Positions 58,892 to 64,000 of a stretch of DNA of 64,000 nucleotides are shown here, piece after piece; position 1 is the stretch's first letter, and each line of letters starts with the position of its first letter. Made by a program: the position numbers and the translations under genes. The notes under the pieces were generated by a model, which was given only the letters and a program-made list of their open reading frames with translations, did not search any database and was not told the origin of the DNA. The DNA is from the human T2T-CHM13v2.0 reference genome, Homo sapiens, in assembly GCF_009914755.1 (NCBI RefSeq), contig NC_060927.1. The stretch is one strand, 5' to 3'.

Positions 58892-59526
58892 GGCCTGGGG
58901 GCATTTCTCCTGCAGTGTAGTCTCAAAAATTACCTGATCTTAAATGCCAACAATGACCTCACTGAAAAATACTAGATGGATTCTGGACTTACTCCAGAAG
59001 AATGGGAAAAGAGGAGACACAGAGAACAAGGCGAGTTGTGGATGTCCTTTCCTGCCTTGGCCAATTCTTTCACATGTGATGAGCAATGGAAAGATTTCAG
59101 TTTTTCTGATAAATTACAAATAAAGTAAAGTAGAAAAGTATATGATAAAAGGGACGGATTCAGGAATTCTGCATATGAAAGGAAAAACATTTTCTGCTTT
59201 GTATCTAGGTATCTGCGGGGTAGGATAGCTTAGAGAAAATTAGGAGCAGATAGATGGGGAAAGCACATTATGGTGCTATGAGATTATGGATACAGGTTGT
59301 GAAAAAGACTGAGGCTTTACAATTTAATTCATTTTGCAATTATTTTTTCTTTATGTAAAACACTGAATAAAGGTGGAATCCCTGCTCTCAAGGAACACAC
59401 AATCTAGTTGGTGAAACATGGAAATGATCAACTGAAATGCAGGTCCAATTAAATAAATGACACAGGTATGACAGCAAAGTACTCTTTGAACACAGGAGGG
59501 AAGCATGTATTAAAAGAAGGGAAAGG

Positions 59527-60835
59527 GGCTAGCTGGGTGCAGTGGCTCACACCTGTAATCCCAGCACTTTGGAAGGCAGACACAGGAGGATTAGCTTGAG
59601 GACAGGAGTTTAAGACCAGCCTGGTTAACACAGAAAGACCATGTCTTTACAAAAGAGAAAAAAATTAGCCAGGTTTGGTGGGGTGAGTCTGTAGTCCCAG
59701 CTACTCAGGAGGCTAAGTGAGAAAATCACTTAAGCCCAGGAGTCTAAGGCTGCACTGAACTATGATCATGCCACGGCACTCCAGCCTGCGCAACAGAGTG
59801 AGACCCTGTCTCTAAAAGAAACTTAAAAATTAAATTTAAAAAAAAAAAAAAGATGAGAAGGGGACAGATAAGGCTCATTGGAGGAGGTAACAATAAAAAT
59901 GAGCCTTGAAGAAATTAGTATCTGATACAGAAAGGGTAAGGAAAAGCATTTCAGGTTAACAGCCTAGTATGCAGAACAGTCCAGAAGAAGAAAGTGTAAT
60001 AGCACCTTCATGATAACTGAATGGCTGACGAGGCTGTAAAATAATGGCACAGGAGAGGGCTGTAGTGAGAAATGGGCTGCCAAGGTAGGTCTAAACTACT
60101 GTTCTAAATTTTATGCCAAGGATATCACTAAAGGTTTCCCAATGATAAGAGCAGTACGATCTCCTTTGGGATTTAGACTTATAGAGCCAAAAGGCTACTT
60201 GACTATATCAAAATCTACATGTCCAAAACCAAACATCATAATCCTCTTCTAAATCAGATCTTCTTACACTGTTCCATATCTCAGGAAAAGCATCTGTCTA
60301 TCAAGCTACACAAGCCAAAACCAAACCAAATCAAAGCCTAGGAGCCATTCTTGACATCTTCTGCCTTCTACCTATATCCGATCCAACAATAAGGCCAATC
60401 AATTTTACTTTCCAAATTTCCATCATAATACACAACACTCTCCATCTACCTCTACTGCTACCACCTTATGATGAACTCTTATCATCTCTCTCCTGGACCA
60501 CTCATCCTGATTGATCTACCTGCATTCACGTAGGTTCTCATTTAAGCTGAAGAAATTATTTTTTTTAAAAGGCCTAAATCACTCAATACTTAAATTCTTT
60601 TAGTAGCTTCCTACAATTTTAGAATAAACAAGAATCTGAACAGTCTATAAAGTCCTATGTGGTTAGGCCCTGGATCTACCTCTCTAGATACAAATACAAA
60701 ATATTTGCATTTTTTAGTAGAGATGGGGTTTCTCCATGTTGGTCAGGCTGGTCTCGAACTCCCAATCTCAGGTGATTCGCCCGCCTCGGCCTCCCAAAGT
60801 GCTGGGATTACAGGTGTGAGCCACCATGCCTGACC
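59527..60835. mobile_element. AluJ + (59527-59852), L2 fragments, Alu left arm - (60700-60835)
   Basis: Alu consensus; L2-like text at 59860-60680. Confidence 0.75.
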
Positions 60836-62908
60836 TAGATCTTCATTTTACAGTATGTTTCCTTTCCCACGTACCCCACTCTAGTCACACTGGCCTTGTT
60901 TCAGTGCCCAGTGCTTATCCTATTTTTTCTCACCATAGTGCATTTGCAATATTGCCTACTTAGCTGCCTTTCTTCAACTCTCAGCCTGCCATTTTGCTAA
61001 ATGCTGGGTATGTAATGATGAACAAACAGTGTCTGCTTTCAGGAGGTTTATGGCTGAGTGGGGAAAAGTGGTAGAGAGAGAAAAACCAGTAACCAAACAA
61101 TATAAATTGTGTAAAGTGCTACAAAGAAAAAGAACAGAATATTATGAGAAAAGGAATAGTGTAAGGGAGGAAAATCTATTTTAGTCTGGGAGGTCACAGA
61201 AAGCTTCTTTTAACAAGAACACATTTGAACTGAGTCCTCAAAGATAGAAAAGGAGGTTGCTACTTTAATCAGGCCATAAATGAGGAAAAGCACTATTACA
61301 GTAGGTTTCACATGCCAAGAAAATAGAGAATTTGGAATTTTATCATAATTGAGATGAAAACAGAGTTAAAGAAAGTAGCAATTCAAAAAGAGAAAAATAA
61401 AAAGGATTTATCTATTCACTGCTTCTTAGAATTGACTTGGTTGAAAGGTTTTGATCATCTTACCAAAAAGGCTTACGGAAGGAACAGAAGGATGCTGAGA
61501 GGAAAAGGTCAGTAAACAGGGAGGAGGGCACCTGCCAGTAACCTAATGGAGTATATGGAGAGTTGTATTTACAAGGCTTACATAACCAATGAGTCAGCAA
61601 AAAGTCAGGTGTCAATGGATCTCTTCTGTGGCCACTCTAAGCAGCTAGGAAACTTGGCTCTCCGAGATAGGAATATACCTTCCAGTAACACCTGCCTAAG
61701 TTAGGATGAGGAAAAGTAAACTTTAATGTTTAGAAAAAAAACATAAGAAATAAGATCCAACTTAAAGCAAGGTGATTCTGGTAGGATTTTGCAAATCTAA
61801 TGCAACTCATTTCTCTAATTTGTAATAAAACACTTATTAAAGAATCCAGAAGCAAGACTCCAAAATCTGCTAAAAGTAAAACATACATTTTAAAGAGAAA
61901 AACAACATCCTTATCTTTTTTGAGGTCCATAAATATTGGAGGGCTACTCTCTACAACTATTTTTTCTCTAATAATGGCTAATATGTATAAACAGTAACAG
62001 AAAAAGGCTTCATATCAATAGAATTGAGTCTGGCAAAGAAAATATACAAAAGAGAACATAAAAGAGATTCAGTCATAGTAGAGGCAAAGAGATACAGCAT
62101 TCACAACCACTTGATATCAAACAGCAATGACAATGAACCCAAGACAAATACCCACCAACGCACAGCTATGAAAATAGCAGACTCCTTATCCTGCCTTCCT
62201 CCACCTCCATACTTATGTTCTCAGCCTATTACTGTTCCAGTGGCAACAACTCTATAACAGGAGGAAGGCTTTATTTTTCCTTCTCCCGCTTCAGACTATA
62301 GAAAAAGCAGGGAAAAAAAAGCATAATTATGACTATTCAAAGAAAAGAAAAGAGGTTTGTTAGTCTGCATTCTTTGCTCTGGAAATTTCTGGCTTCTGTC
62401 TGTTGAGAGACACATGAGAAAACTTGGATTATCTCTGAAGGTCACAACTGAATGACCACAAGTTATGTTTCTCCTTCTGGTTCCCTTGGTCATCCTTTTC
62501 CATCAAACATGATTTTGCAAAATGTTTTAGTTATTGCTAAGAAGCAATTCCATACAGCTGATATAGAAAAGTCAAAAAATAAGAAAAAAATCACAACACA
62601 TTTATCTTACCAAAACCCCCTGTCAGGCAGTCTGCTGATTTTGCTTGCCACAAAGCTCATCCTTCATTTGTGCACTGCCAGAGAAAGCTTGGATGGTAAA
62701 AAAAAAAAAATCACAACCTCTCTTGGCTATAAGCTCTTTCCATTTGTTCCAGCTTCCAAACTGCAGAGGAGCTGTGGCATAGTCTGTCACTGCTGCACAT
62801 ACTTGGTTTCCGAGAATAACGCTGCAAATGAGGACAGCTACCACTGGGAATGCTTTCCCCCACCAAAGAGCCGCAGTGAAGCTTCTAGTGGATCCCTGGG
62901 CTTCTCAC

Positions 62909-63241
62909 CTTCACAGTCTCAGAGAAGTGACTTTCACAAAACAGGCAGGTACAGCCGCACCACATTAATACCCTCGCATAGCCAATCCTCCGCAGTGCCC
63001 ACCTCAGCCTATGTATAGTTTCAATTCTATCTCCTGTAGCAACTCTTAGAGCTTTCTATATCTGGGAGCCTAGGAGAACTCTGTGCTGAATAAACAGAAA
63101 GCTTCTGCCAAACAAGCATCCGTGTGTGTGCGCGCGCACGCAGTTTGCTAGAGCAGCTAATGCAAATGAATAGTTTGACTCTGAGAATGGAGATCACAGA
63201 CAGTATCTGCCTCTCTTCTCCAGCTGTGAGCATCTTTTATA
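62909..63241 (-). promoter_or_regulatory. TMCC1: Candidate internal TMCC1 promoter and non-coding first exon
   Basis: TATAAAA 63241-63235, CA initiator ~63208, octamer ATGCAAAT 63160-63167, 22-bp RY tract 63121-63142. Donors AG|gtgaga (62908) and TG|gtaaga (62610). Repeat-free sequence. Confidence 0.5.
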
Positions 63242-64000
63242 AAAGACAAAAGCACCACACTGGTTGGATTTAAAGCTACAGGGTATTAATTCAACATTCA
63301 CATTTGTCTTCTCATTTAAATCAGATAAGGTTGAAAGAATCGCTTAAAGAAGATTAAAAACATTCTAAATAAAATAACACTGTTTAGGTAGCTTGGTTCA
63401 ATAAATACAAAGAAAAAGCAATCTACCTATGTTTCAATAAAGGCCCAGAAGACTGCCAGAACAGATTTCCATGCTTTTGTAATGTTTCTTCTCTTATTTT
63501 TCATTTTAGGTTGGCAAAATCATTTAAAATGAAAATAGAACATGAGTGAGAGAACAACTAGAAAAAGAAAACTGAGCACGACACTCTAAAATCGTATTCA
63601 CTATGGACAGAGAGAAAAACACTCTGAAATCTAAGCAAGAGATTAAAACATCACAATCATAAGCCCAGGCTCAGCCCCTGTATCATCACACACACTATTT
63701 ACTGAACACCCAAGACACTACGTGACAGAACTGAATATCTTATTAAGACTGTTTCTGACTTGAAAAAGTCACTTTGGGATTTAGGCAAGTTATCAGATCT
63801 GAACCTTATTCCTTTATTTGTAAAAGCAGTTGTGGGGAACACACATAGGAGGAATTTAAATGATTACAAAATATAGTGTGGCATGTATAAAGTATATCTA
63901 CTAATATTTCTCTGAGGTTAACATGCAGAAAGGAATCAGACATGAAGACAATTTAATACAGTAAAGCCTATGAGCCTGGGGGTGTGATATGAGCCTTTCT

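Noticed and set aside
62452-63018. 188-aa + strand ORF antisense to the candidate internal first exon
   Set aside because: No recognisable domain and runs through poly-A tracts; no coding support without Ribo-seq or conservation data.

Overview
Primate, almost certainly human, genomic DNA covering the 3' part of TMCC1 (ER transmembrane and coiled-coil protein 1) on the minus strand; from recall this is chr3q22, with PLXND1 beyond the left edge. Three coding exons splice in frame with canonical GT/AG sites: 45698-44764, 29537-29402 and 26229-25915. They are followed by a ~3.7 kb Alu-free 3'UTR ending near 22225. A candidate internal TATA promoter and non-coding first exon lie near 63.2 kb. The left third is intergenic, with an orphan CpG island (~1.2-2.5 kb), many Alus, L1/L2/MIR fragments and several ERV LTRs. 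Nearly all other ORFs in the track are Alu-derived, GC-rich or antisense shadows. I see no evidence of a wholly new biological system. The most notable items are (1) a young HERV-K(HML-2) LTR5_Hs solo LTR with perfect 6-bp TSDs but an internal ~157-bp deletion that removes its poly(A) signal, (2) the putative internal TMCC1 promoter that would give an N-truncated isoform, (3) a strong extended CTCF motif at ~58.87 kb, and (4) tightly spaced inverted Alu pairs. Repeat subfamily names and repeat boundaries are by eye and from memory of the consensus sequences, so they are approximate.
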